DNA of 64,000 nt from positions 325,222-389,221 of the forward strand of contig CAWGFM010000005.1 of NCBI GenBank assembly GCA_963821935.1. The letters are read 5' to 3'. Below, piece after piece: positions 42,135 through 51,248 of the stretch; the stretch's first letter is position 1, and every line of letters begins with the position of its first letter. The position numbers and the translations under genes were made by a program. The DNA comes from an uncultured Actinomycetes bacterium (GTDB taxonomy: Bacteria > Actinomycetota > UBA4738 > HRBIN12). The notes beneath the pieces are model-generated. The model saw only the letters and a list, made by a program, of their open reading frames with translations. It was not told the DNA's origin and did not search any database.

Positions 42135-43508
42135 ATGCGCAGGCTACGAGCGGCCGCTTCGACAGCCCTGGCCCTCGCGACAGTGATCGCCGCCGTGGCC
42201 TTCGCAACGGGATCCCCGGCGACGGTAACCCTCCGTGAGAACCGTGCCCTCGAGCACGCCCCTCGCGGCAACGCCCCGATGCCGAAGGGGGCGATGAAGC
42301 CCATCTCGGCGACGGCGGTCGCCGCTGCGGCAGCCCCCGGCTGGGCGGGCGAGATCAAGCTCGGCGCCGAGGATACGTGGGAGCCGTCCACCGCTGCGGA
42401 CCCGAGCGGCCCATACGTCTACGCGATGTACAACGGGTTCAACCGGCCGAAGGCATGCAAGAACTGCCCACCCATCCCGATGCTCCTGCGGGTGTCGAGC
42501 GACAACGGCGCGACGTGGGGGCCGGAGACCTACCCCTGTCCGTGTCCGGGCGTGAAGCAGTTCCAGTACGACCCGGTGGTCAAGGTGGCGAACAACGGTG
42601 TCGTCTACGCGACGTGGATGAACAAGTACGAGATCGTCTTCTCGAAGTCGGCGAACCACGGAGCTTCCTGGACGGCGCCGATCAAGGTCTCGGGGAACCA
42701 GTGGGGCGACAAGCCGTGGATCGGGGTCAGCCCCGACGGCGTTCACGTCTACGTCGCGTACGCGACGGCACAGGACGTCTGGGTCGCGGCTTCGCACAAT
42801 TCGGGCGCGTCGTTCAGTGCCGCCGTCAAGCTCAACACCGACAGCGGCAACTACCGCTACCCGAACGGGCTGGAGGTGCTGTCGAGCGGCGCCGCGATCC
42901 TCTCGGCATCGATGTATCCCGGCAGCCAGCAGGGAAGCGGTGCGATCGCGATCGAGACGTGGAGGTCGACTAACGGCGGCGCTGCGTGGTCACGGTCCGT
43001 GCTCGCGAACGTGTTCACGGGGATCAACTTCGAGACGTCCTCGACGACGGCCCTCGCGAGCGACGCCGCCGGGACGATCGTGGCGCTGTACACGGGCGCG
43101 ACCACGGTCGGTGGGAACGGTCACGTCTGGACGCGTCGCTCAGCCGATGGGGGACTGACCTGGGCGCCCGCGATCGAGATCGGGAACGGTGTGGCCAACG
43201 CGTCGTTCCCCGCGATCGCGGGTGGTGCACCGGGCGATTTCCGACTGCACTACAGCGACAACCGGACCGGTTCGTGGAACGCGTGGTATCGCTCGTCGAC
43301 GACCGGAGGCCAGAGTTGGAGCGCGGAGACCGACATCTCCGACGCCGACACCGGCGCCTCGTACAAGACGGCGGCGGGGTTCGCGTCGGAGTACGGCGAC
43401 TACGGCGCGATCGACATCACGAACACCGGCAAGACCGTCGGGATCTGGGGCGAGGGCGCGAGCTTCTCGGCCGGGCCTGGAGGGATCTGGTTCAACCGGC
43501 AGACGTAG
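42135..43508 (+). CDS. Secreted BNR/Asp-box repeat (sialidase-fold beta-propeller) protein
   Basis: Start trimmed to ATG 42135 (RBS GGAGGT), with signal peptide MRRLRAAASTALALATVIAAVAFA. Six Asp-box motifs: SSDNGATW, SANHGASW, SHNSGASF, STNGGAAW, SADGGLTW, STTGGQSW. Confidence 0.8.
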   Translation: MRRLRAAASTALALATVIAAVAFATGSPATVTLRENRALEHAPRGNAPMPKGAMKPISATAVAAAAAPGWAGEIKLGAEDTWEPSTAADPSGPYVYAMYNGFNRPKACKNCPPIPMLLRVSSDNGATWGPETYPCPCPGVKQFQYDPVVKVANNGVVYATWMNKYEIVFSKSANHGASWTAPIKVSGNQWGDKPWIGVSPDGVHVYVAYATAQDVWVAASHNSGASFSAAVKLNTDSGNYRYPNGLEVLSSGAAILSASMYPGSQQGSGAIAIETWRSTNGGAAWSRSVLANVFTGINFETSSTTALASDAAGTIVALYTGATTVGGNGHVWTRRSADGGLTWAPAIEIGNGVANASFPAIAGGAPGDFRLHYSDNRTGSWNAWYRSSTTGGQSWSAETDISDADTGASYKTAAGFASEYGDYGAIDITNTGKTVGIWGEGASFSAGPGGIWFNRQT

Positions 43509-43624
43509 GCATCGCGACTACGTGCGCGACACGCGAGGCCGTTGGTCCGCGGCTTCTCGCTCACACCCCCAGGCACCCACAGGGGCAAGACCGCCACGAA
43601 TATGGATCAAGGCAGCGTCAAGCA

Positions 43625-43770
43625 AGACGTCGGCAACACCGCCAACCGCCCCACGATCGCGAACGCGGCGTCCGCGGCCTTCTCGAGCAGAGTTCTGAGA
43701 TGTCGGAGCCTCAGTTCTGAGGAACACCCCCTCGGAATGTGGGAGGAGGAGGGTAGGTCGGCCCGTGCTG
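43625..43770. repeat. Distal copy (A) of the tRNA-Tyr flank repeat, including a decayed tRNA-Tyr 3'-end remnant
   Basis: 43674-43752 aligns with 51443-51516 (gcggccttctcgagcagagttctgagatgtcggagcctcagttctgaggaacacccc...gtgggaggaggagg versus ggcgccttcttcagcggagttctgagatgtcaggggcctcagttttgagaacacccc..gtgggaggaggagg). Weaker similarity extends about 50 nt further left. GGGAGGAGGAGG is the reverse complement of the tRNA-Tyr acceptor/T-stem 3' strand. Confidence 0.6.
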
Positions 43771-43903
43771 TGCCACGCCCATCAAGAGCTGCTGCAGACG
43801 TTCGATGTCGGCTCGTAGCCGATCCACGAAGGTTTCTTCCGCCACGACAACAGAATGCGCGAGGCGTGCTCACGGATCGCGCCGATGCCGATCGCAGCAT
43901 TCT

Positions 43904-44368
43904 CTATCGCTCGAGTATCCCCGTGGGGTCGCCGATCTGCTCAGCCAGCCCGATCATGATGCCTTCAGGGCCGCGGATGTAGCAGAGCCGGTATATGTCC
44001 TCGTACCGCACGACCTCACCGACGAGTTCGGCGCCGTGGGCCTGCAGGCGGGCAAGGACGTCCTCGATGTCGTCGACGGCGAACATCACGCGAAGGTAAC
44101 CGAGCGAATTCACCGGGGCGGGTTCCGGAGTCCTGCGGATCACCGGCGGCGCGTGGAACTTGCTCAGCTCCAGCCGGCTGTGGCCATCCGGGGTCCGTAG
44201 CATCGCGATATCGCTCTTGGCGCCGTCGAGCCCGATGGTGCGATCCACCCACCGTCCCTCGACGGTCGTCTCGCCCTCCAGCTCCAAACCAAGTTCGAGG
44301 AAGAACTCGATAGCAGCCTTGAGGTCGTCGACCACGATGCCGACGTTGTCCATCCGCTGGACCGTCAT
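43904..44368 (-). CDS. VOC/glyoxalase-family protein
   Basis: Start trimmed to MTVQRMDNVGIVVDDLKAAIEFFLELGLELEG (ATG 44368); 154 aa; typical VOC beta-alpha-beta-beta-beta repeats. Confidence 0.85.
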   Translation of the reverse strand: MTVQRMDNVGIVVDDLKAAIEFFLELGLELEGETTVEGRWVDRTIGLDGAKSDIAMLRTPDGHSRLELSKFHAPPVIRRTPEPAPVNSLGYLRVMFAVDDIEDVLARLQAHGAELVGEVVRYEDIYRLCYIRGPEGIMIGLAEQIGDPTGILER

Positions 44369-44610
44369 GTCCTCAAGATACGGCCTGAAGGGAAGCGCGT
44401 GTCGCCACGCGAGGTCACCTGCGAGAAGGTGCAGGGAGTCGCGCAAGATAGGCCCCGCATCGCTCTCCATGCAACAATGCGCGGCGAGGGGTTCACTTGA
44501 GTTCACCTGAACACCCCATCCAGGCTCTGGCGGTCGCCGGGCCAACATGCTCTTGGCGGCCGAAGAGGCCGGAACGGATCACCGGAACATCCAACCTTCT
44601 GGAGGAACGG

Positions 44611-45159
44611 GTGAGCGATACGAGCACTGGAAGGGTGGTCGTGAACAGGTCGATGTCGCTGGACGGTTTCATCGCCGGTCCCGGCGACGCGATGGACTGG
44701 ATCTTCGACTTCGTGGCACCGGACGATGTCCAGGAGATCGCGGCGGCTACCGGCGCCATGCTCATCGGCCGGCGGACCCACGAGGTGGGTAAGAGGATGC
44801 AGGCCGACGAGCCAGGCAGCGGCGACTACCCCTTCTCCGGACCCTTCTTCGTCCTGACCCACGAGCCGCCGGACCCGCCGGATCCAGAGGTCACGTTCCT
44901 CAGCGGCGATATCGGGGAGGCGGTCGCCACGGCGCTGGACGCTGCGGGCGGGAAGAACCTGGAAATCCTCGGCGCCGACGTGGCGGGCCAGTGCCTGCGG
45001 CGGGGGCTCGTCGACGAGATCTTGGTGTATGTGATGCCGGTGCTGCTCGGCGACGGCATCCGCTTCTCCCCCCCGGGCCTCCCCAGGATCGACCTGGAAC
45101 CGGTCAGTAGCACGCGGTCGCGAGACGTCACCATCCTCCGATTCCACGTTCGCAAGTAG
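44611..45159 (+). CDS. Dihydrofolate reductase-family protein (RibD C-terminal domain)
   Basis: GTG 44611 preceded by GGAGGA. Contains VVVNRSMSLDGFIAGPGDAMDWIF...LIGRRTHE...LVDEILVYVMPVLLGDGIRFS. Confidence 0.85.
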   Translation: MSDTSTGRVVVNRSMSLDGFIAGPGDAMDWIFDFVAPDDVQEIAAATGAMLIGRRTHEVGKRMQADEPGSGDYPFSGPFFVLTHEPPDPPDPEVTFLSGDIGEAVATALDAAGGKNLEILGADVAGQCLRRGLVDEILVYVMPVLLGDGIRFSPPGLPRIDLEPVSSTRSRDVTILRFHVRK

Positions 45160-45203
45160 TACCGGAGCTGCATCGCCCTCTAGCTGATCCGCGCCGCGCG
45201 TTC

Positions 45204-45250
45204 GGTTCTTGGTTGGTGGGTGTGGTGGTTGGCAGTGGGGTGTTCTCAGA
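45204..45250. repeat. GT-rich element ending in an inverted copy of the TGAGAACACCCC core (copy D)
   Basis: ggttcttggttggtgggtgtggtggttggcagtGGGGTGTTCTCAga. It is homologous to 46143-46193, and its core is the reverse complement of the motif in copies A, B and C. Confidence 0.55.
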
Positions 45251-45410
45251 CGTCCCACGGCGACCGCCGACGCCTCCCCCGATCGAGACATTACGAAGGC
45301 GTCCTGGACCAGGTCGGATTCGCTATGGTCTGCAATCTGTCTGTCCCCATGCAACCAATGTCCCGACTCTCGAAGGACAGCGTCATGACTGCTCAGTGCA
45401 GGAGGCGAGC

Positions 45411-46082
45411 GTGAGGCTTCTACTTACGTCCGCGGGCGTTAAGAACCCGAGCATCCGCGATGCGCTGGTCGACCTGCTGGGCAAGCCGATCGCCGACTCG
45501 AGCGCCCTGTGCATCCCCACCGCGGCGTACGGGCACCCACAGGTTGGTCCAGGAACGGGGCCCTGGCAGTTCATCAGTGGAAATTCCGACCTTCCTATGG
45601 TCAACCTGGGCTGGAAGTCCGTCGGTGTGCTAGAGCTCACCGCGCTGCCCAGTATCCATGAAGAGCGCTGGATGCCCATAGTCCAGGAGACGGATGTCCT
45701 GCTGGTGGCGGGCGGCGATGCCCTGTATCTGTGCCACTGGATGCGGGAGTCCGGGTTGGCGAACCTACTTCCGTCTCTGATCGAGACGGTCTGGGTCGGA
45801 CTGAGCGCCGGGAGCATGGTGATGACCCCCAAGATCGGGGAGGACTTCATCCAGTGGAGGCCGCCCACCGGTGACGACAGCACGTTGGGCATCGTTGACT
45901 TCTCGATCTGTCCACACCTGGCTCAGGAAGGCATGCCGGGCAACTCGATGGCCGAGGCGGAACAGTGGGCGGCTGGCATCTCGGGTCCGGCGTACGCGAT
46001 CGACGACGAGACCGCCATCAAGGTGGTCAACGGCACCGTCGAGGTCGTGTCAGAAGGGCACTGGAAGCACTTCCCCGCCTAG
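45411..46082 (+). CDS. Peptidase E-like / type 1 glutamine amidotransferase-like (S51) protein
   Basis: GTG 45411 preceded by GGAGG. Contains VRLLLTSAGVKNP...VLLVAGGDALYL...VWVGLSAGSMVM (the GxSAG nucleophile elbow). Confidence 0.8.
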   Translation: MRLLLTSAGVKNPSIRDALVDLLGKPIADSSALCIPTAAYGHPQVGPGTGPWQFISGNSDLPMVNLGWKSVGVLELTALPSIHEERWMPIVQETDVLLVAGGDALYLCHWMRESGLANLLPSLIETVWVGLSAGSMVMTPKIGEDFIQWRPPTGDDSTLGIVDFSICPHLAQEGMPGNSMAEAEQWAAGISGPAYAIDDETAIKVVNGTVEVVSEGHWKHFPA

Positions 46083-46103
46083 CTGGCGAGCCCAGGAAGA
46101 GCG

Positions 46104-46200
46104 AGTCTTGAGATGACAGTCTCATTTTGAGAACACCCTCGCTCGGTTGGTTGGTCGGGGTGAGTGGGTGTCGGGAGTGGGGTGATCTCAAAACCCCCTG
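46104..46200. repeat. Internal copy (C) of the flank repeat, forming an imperfect inverted repeat with a GT-rich partner (E)
   Basis: agtcttgagatgacagtctcaTTTTGAGAACACCC (46104-46138), then a 40-nt GT-rich spacer, then GGGGTGATCTCAAAA (46179-46193). The arms match 13 of 14 positions as reverse complements. Confidence 0.55.
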
Positions 46201-46429
46201 ACCACGGGAAACGACACCCTCTCGCGTGAGGACCCACAGGTTAAGGAGGGTAGTACCCACAGCAGGTCAGAGGCATCGCGGCTGAGAGCCGACATGTTGT
46301 CCCGGCCTCACCGTCGTCACGTTGACCGAGCTACCAGTCCGACAGCCACGACGATCCCGACCCACCCCATCCAGGCAGGTAGTAACTCCCTGCCGACCAT
46401 GGCGACCCAGGTCCGAGGTGTGACCCGAG

Positions 46430-49400
46430 CTAGCGAGGAGGGCAGCGGTCGAGATGGAGGAACCGATCGCACTCCTCGTCGGTCAGCGAGCGTGTGACCC
46501 GCGCCCGTGCGACCGTCAGCAGCTCGTCTAGATCGAGGATCCACGTTCGGACCGTTCCGTCGAACGAAGAGGAGGCGAGGATCCTGCCATCCGGGCTGAA
46601 CTCGACGTATGCCACCTCGCCCGTGTGACCGCTGAGTGTGAGCAGGTTGTCGCCGGTGCGCCGATCCCACACTTTCACCAGCCCGTCCTCTCCACCGGTC
46701 GCGAGCAGTGATCCTTTGGCGTCGAATGCGACGGAGTTCACCGAGCCTCGGTGGGCAAACACCGAGAAGTCCCTTCTTCCCGAGAACATCCAGACGCGGA
46801 GCGTTCCGTCTCCCAGGCCGGCAGCGACCGATCGCCCGTCCGGGCTGATCTCCACGGAAGTCCCGAACGCGTCCGTGCTGCTCAGCTCCTCGACGATCTC
46901 GCCGGTCGACGTATCGTGAAGTCGGATACGCCCCGGCTCCTGCTCTGCCGTGGCGACGAAGAGGCCGTCCGGGGAGAGACTCGCGCCCGGGAACCACGTC
47001 GCCTCAGAACGAGCCAGGATCTGCAGTTCTTCACCCGACGTCGCATCCCAGAGCCGAACCGTTCCGTCGTCCAGGCCTGTCGTCACGACGCTCGTTCCAT
47101 CCGAGCTGATGTCCACGGTGCCAACCCAACCCCTATGCCCATCGAACCGAACCCGCTCTCGGCCGGTCGCCACGTCCCACATCGCGACGCCGAACCCGCC
47201 CGAAGCGGCGATTGTCGCGCCGTCCGGGCCGAAGTCGATACCGGTCACGAACGAGTCAGCCGGGAAGGTTCGGAGCCGATCACCAGTCGCCGTATCCCAC
47301 ACCGTGAACCCTTCGTAGTTGTTGGTCGCGACCATGGAACTATCCGGCGAGAAGGCCAGGGCGCCTCCTCCGCCCGGGAACGTCAGATGCTCCCCGCCTC
47401 TTTCTTTCGACACGTCCCATATCCTCCCGACTACGTTCGCATCTCCCGCCGCGAACCCGCCGTTGCCGGCAGCCAGGCGGTGGCCGTCGGGACTGAACGA
47501 CACGCAGCAGATCGTGGCTGCGTCGCTGGGGAGCACGAGGACCTCGCGTCCCCCGTCACGAGTTATCTCCCAAACGCGGGTCGCACCGTCGGCGCCGCCT
47601 CCCGCCACGAGCTGTCCCGTCGGGCTGAACTCGAGGTCGACGATCTCGGAGGGAGGAAACAATGAGAAGAGATGATCGCCGGTTCGAGCGTTCCATACGT
47701 CGACAGTGTCGCCGCTCGTGAGGACGACCCGGTCGTCTGGGCTCCACGCGACGTCCCAGCCGAAGCCCCCGTGACCTGCCCACACGAGGCGCTCCGACCG
47801 AACGTCGAAGACCTTTACCGGTGTATTCACATCACGTGTGACCACGGCGAGCTCATCGCCATCTGGGCCCCAGGCCAGACCACCGGGCTCATAGCCACTG
47901 TTGACCTCCAACGAGGCGAGGAGACGTCCCGATACGACGTCCCATACGCGGGCTACCCCATCGAGACCGGTCGCGGCGACCCGGTCGCCGTCCGGGCTGA
48001 ACTCGAGCCAGCCGGCAGCCTTTGCGGACCGGATCGTTCGTACCGTGCCGCCATCCTCCGGGTCCCAGATCGTCAGCACGCCATCGAAGGCGACGGTCCC
48101 AACGGCATCGCCCTTCGGACTCCAGTCGACGTCCCACAAGGCGACGTCCCCCAACGGTCCTTCGCGTCCGTGCAGAATCGCGAGTGTCTCGCCCGTCTCG
48201 GCGTCGAGGATCACCGCGTCCCCAGACTCGCCGCTCTCCGAGTATGGGTGCGCGACGAGCCGCTGGCCATCCGGGCTGTAGTCGAAGCTGTTCATCCGCG
48301 GGATCGACGCCACCACCCGTTGGGCCACGACCGCCTCGTGTAAGGCCTCTTCCGCGTCACGAACGACGATGCCCTCGGACGAGCGGGTCGCTTCGACGGC
48401 CTCGATCGCGAGGAGCAGGCTTCGCTCCGGATCCACACCGAGGTTGGCACGGGCTGCGCTCGCGAGCTCGCGAGCGATCGCGACCTGCTCTCCCTGTTCG
48501 GCTCGCCCACGCTGATCGGTGGCGAACACGGTGAGTGCACCCGCCACCAGAGCGGCGACCGCCAGCACGGCCACGAAGGCACGGAGGCGTCGAACGGACC
48601 TACGCTCCAGGGCCGATTCACGCGCTCTTCGAAACTCCTCGTCCTTCCGCTGCCGGTCCCGCTCCACGACCGAGGCGCCGAGGAATTCGAGCTCCTCGGG
48701 CGTGAGTGCGAGACCGGACCCCGCCCGCCACGCCTCGGCCTGCTCAAGTCGCGAGCCCGCCAGCAAGAAGGACGCATCTCGGTCGGCCCCGATCCAATCG
48801 TGTGCTGCGGCGGCCACGCGGCGCTCGGTCCGGACCTCGTCGCGGGCGGTATCGATCCATCGGCGAAGACGAGGCCAGGCCGTGAGCAACGCCTCGTGCG
48901 CCAGTTCGATCGTGGGGGCGCCGTTCCGGGCGTCCCGGTCGAAGGAAAGCTGGCGAGAGGCGCCGAACGTGTCGATGACGGTCGCCATGGCCTGCGGGTC
49001 CACTTCGAGCGAGGCGACCTCCGTTCGCGGCACGCGGCGTCTGGTGTCCTCGGCTCCCTCTCCGAGCGTCACGAGTCGCAGGAAGAGCTGACGGGCGGCC
49101 TCCTTGCCGCCCTGATCGAGCTCGTCGAACAGCTCCTCGGCTCGTCGTCCGAGCGCCCCCGAGACCCCGCCGATATCACGGTATGCCTCGCGCGTGAGCA
49201 CCTTTCCCTCTCGCCGGTCGAACAGCTCGGTGAGCGCGTACTGGAGCAGTGGCAGCGCACCCGGCTCGTCGGCCAGGTCCCGCACCATCTCGGCGAGCAG
49301 GCCTTGCTCGAGCCCGACGTCGACCGCTTTCGCCGGACCGACGATCGCCCGTTCCAGCTCCTCAGGTGACAGCGGCACCAACGCCTCCACATACGACCTG

Positions 49401-50602
49401 AGCAGATCGGCGAACCCCCGGTACATGAGAGGGCGGTCGTAGAAGTCCGCGCGGAGCGTGGTCACGACGTGAACCTGGCTCCGCGGGTCGGTCACGGCGT
49501 GATGGACCGCCGACAGGAACTGCACACGTCGTTCCTCGTCTCGTTCGAGCGTGAACACCTCTTCCAATTGATCGATCACCAACAGGAGCTCCGAGTCGTC
49601 CGCCGGCAACACACGCTTCACGACGCGGAGCAGACCTCGTTCGTCTTGTTCCAACTGCTCGATCAGGCTGGCGGGTGGATTCACCGCGATCCGGAGCAGC
49701 GACGCCTCGAGCTCTTCCAACGGATGGGCGCCGGGGATCATCTCGGCGATCAACCAACGTTCCGAGCCCGGGAGTGCGCCGCTGCGGATCGCCGGGACGA
49801 GCCCGGCTCGCACGACCGATGACTTGCCGGAACCACTGGGGCCGACGACGGCGAGGAACCGCGCCTCACCCGCTCGCGACACGAGCTCCTGCGTGAGCGC
49901 CTCACGCCCGAAGAAGAAGGCGGCATCCGCCTCCTCGAACGCGCGCAGACCCTTGTAAGGGTTGCGCATCTCCAGAGCTCCGGCGTGCGGGGTCGCGACG
50001 GCTCCCAGGGCTCGAAGGTAGGCGAGATCCTGCGAAGGATCGGAGCCTTCGGGAGCGAGCCGGATCACGGGGACGGGGTCAGCGAACCCCTTGAGACGTG
50101 CGGTGCCGCGTTCGATGTACGAGACACCGTCCACCCGCCGCGCGAGGTGAACCACCTCCCGGGTCGCAAGGGTCTCCGCCGCCCCGGCCATCGAGCAGAG
50201 CCTTGCTGCGAGGTTGATCGCACCGCCCCGGTACCCGTCCTCGAGGGGAACGACCTCGCCGGCATCGAGACCGATCCCCACACCCAGCGGAAGGGCGGGG
50301 TCGGCAATGGTCTGCTCGGCGAAGCGCGCCTGGAGCTCGAGCGCCGCTCGGATGGCCTCTCGCGGAGAGGTGAACACGGCGAGGGCCTCGTCGCCCCGAA
50401 GCTGGATCCCTGTACCACCACGCGCCTCGAGTGCCGGGATCGCGATCCGCGCGAACCTGTCGGCGAGCCGGGCACCCGCCTCGTCACCGTGGTCTTGCAT
50501 GAAGGCGGTGTATCCGCGGATGTCGGCGATTAGGAACGTGCGGACGTGGGCGTTATCGGTGCCCGCGTCGGTAAGACCCGCATGCGGACCCTCGCCGACC
50601 AT
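46430..50602 (-). CDS. Class III adenylate/guanylate cyclase domain - STAND P-loop NTPase - TM helix - 14x WD40 repeat protein
   Basis: 1390 aa. Cyclase motifs FLIADIRGYT (D27), RGDEALAVF (D71) and GGAINLAARL (N130/R134). Walker A GPSGSGKS (aa 254-261) and Walker B-like LLLVIDQLEEVF. Hydrophobic helix LRAFVAVLAVAALVAGALTVFA (aa ~674-694). Then 14 SPDG...WD-type blades. Confidence 0.9.
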   Translation of the reverse strand: MVGEGPHAGLTDAGTDNAHVRTFLIADIRGYTAFMQDHGDEAGARLADRFARIAIPALEARGGTGIQLRGDEALAVFTSPREAIRAALELQARFAEQTIADPALPLGVGIGLDAGEVVPLEDGYRGGAINLAARLCSMAGAAETLATREVVHLARRVDGVSYIERGTARLKGFADPVPVIRLAPEGSDPSQDLAYLRALGAVATPHAGALEMRNPYKGLRAFEEADAAFFFGREALTQELVSRAGEARFLAVVGPSGSGKSSVVRAGLVPAIRSGALPGSERWLIAEMIPGAHPLEELEASLLRIAVNPPASLIEQLEQDERGLLRVVKRVLPADDSELLLVIDQLEEVFTLERDEERRVQFLSAVHHAVTDPRSQVHVVTTLRADFYDRPLMYRGFADLLRSYVEALVPLSPEELERAIVGPAKAVDVGLEQGLLAEMVRDLADEPGALPLLQYALTELFDRREGKVLTREAYRDIGGVSGALGRRAEELFDELDQGGKEAARQLFLRLVTLGEGAEDTRRRVPRTEVASLEVDPQAMATVIDTFGASRQLSFDRDARNGAPTIELAHEALLTAWPRLRRWIDTARDEVRTERRVAAAAHDWIGADRDASFLLAGSRLEQAEAWRAGSGLALTPEELEFLGASVVERDRQRKDEEFRRARESALERRSVRRLRAFVAVLAVAALVAGALTVFATDQRGRAEQGEQVAIARELASAARANLGVDPERSLLLAIEAVEATRSSEGIVVRDAEEALHEAVVAQRVVASIPRMNSFDYSPDGQRLVAHPYSESGESGDAVILDAETGETLAILHGREGPLGDVALWDVDWSPKGDAVGTVAFDGVLTIWDPEDGGTVRTIRSAKAAGWLEFSPDGDRVAATGLDGVARVWDVVSGRLLASLEVNSGYEPGGLAWGPDGDELAVVTRDVNTPVKVFDVRSERLVWAGHGGFGWDVAWSPDDRVVLTSGDTVDVWNARTGDHLFSLFPPSEIVDLEFSPTGQLVAGGGADGATRVWEITRDGGREVLVLPSDAATICCVSFSPDGHRLAAGNGGFAAGDANVVGRIWDVSKERGGEHLTFPGGGGALAFSPDSSMVATNNYEGFTVWDTATGDRLRTFPADSFVTGIDFGPDGATIAASGGFGVAMWDVATGRERVRFDGHRGWVGTVDISSDGTSVVTTGLDDGTVRLWDATSGEELQILARSEATWFPGASLSPDGLFVATAEQEPGRIRLHDTSTGEIVEELSSTDAFGTSVEISPDGRSVAAGLGDGTLRVWMFSGRRDFSVFAHRGSVNSVAFDAKGSLLATGGEDGLVKVWDRRTGDNLLTLSGHTGEVAYVEFSPDGRILASSSFDGTVRTWILDLDELLTVARARVTRSLTDEECDRFLHLDRCPPR

Positions 50603-50849
50603 ATGCTGATTATGCTCCCGGCCGTAGCTCAGTTCCTAGGGACCCCCGTCTTGACCCTGCCGCTGAGGTTGCGGATGCTCGGTCATCAGGGTGTGTGTCG
50701 GTCGGTCGGACGTCCACAAACGAATGGGAGTGGCTATCTGTGAGCGCCTCATCTTCGGTGATCATGATCTGCGTCACTGGGGGGTTTGGGGTGGTACCCG
50801 CGCTCGCTTAGCGGCGTGATTGCGTGGGAGTACCTGGTCAGTTGGCAAC

Positions 50850-51248
50850 CTATCGCTGCTGCGCTCCTGATTGGTGATCCATCAGGTAGTCCGCCCAGGG
50901 ACTCCCCGAGTCGGGATCAGGGCTGGCCTGGAACCGGCGGTTCTTGCCCGTCTTGCTCTCGCTGAACTCCACGCTCGGAACGAACCACGCGGTCTGGATC
51001 CGGGCATCGTACTGGTCGACCACCAAGAACAGCAGATACAGATCGGGGCGCGGACGGAACGTGCCCGGATTGAGGAGGGCCTTCGCGCCCCTGCGTTCGA
51101 TCTTCTCCGGGGCGTCGAAGAAGTGGGACTTCACTTGGACGGAAAGCGTGGGTCGTCCGGCCGACCGGTAGAAGACGAGGTCGACCCCTTCGTCATCGAC
51201 CAGGGAGGTGGCGACGTTCAACTCGCCATCGCTGCCCAGGACGCACAT
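50850..51248 (-). CDS. PD-(D/E)xK nuclease-fold hypothetical protein (DUF4365-like), possibly N-terminally disrupted
   Basis: 132-aa ORF with DDEGVDLVFY...TLSVQVKS (a D...(E/Q)xK-type arrangement). The in-frame upstream sequence (EKWRGIAAESLVAS) looks like part of the same domain but has no ATG/GTG/TTG start. An ATG at 51342 is in another frame. Confidence 0.5.
   Translation of the reverse strand: MCVLGSDGELNVATSLVDDEGVDLVFYRSAGRPTLSVQVKSHFFDAPEKIERRGAKALLNPGTFRPRPDLYLLFLVVDQYDARIQTAWFVPSVEFSESKTGKNRRFQASPDPDSGSPWADYLMDHQSGAQQR

Noticed and set aside
46317-46399. 27-aa hydrophobic ORF (MVGRELLPAWMGWVGIVVAVGLVARST) just downstream of the STAND gene
   Set aside because: It is too short, has no visible RBS and no recognisable homology, and it is the tail of an off-frame shadow ORF. 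It cannot be supported as a gene from sequence alone.
34981-50602. A direct functional link between the STAND cyclase and the SulP-CNB transporter
   Set aside because: The genes are 9 kb apart, in different transcription units, and one lies inside a putative island. The link is mentioned only as speculation within the findings and is not claimed as a system.
50617-50640. tRNA-like string GCCGTAGCTCAGTTCCTAGGGAC upstream of the STAND gene
   Set aside because: Only a D-arm-like fragment is present. There is no matching D-stem partner, anticodon arm, T-arm or acceptor stem, so this is probably chance similarity.
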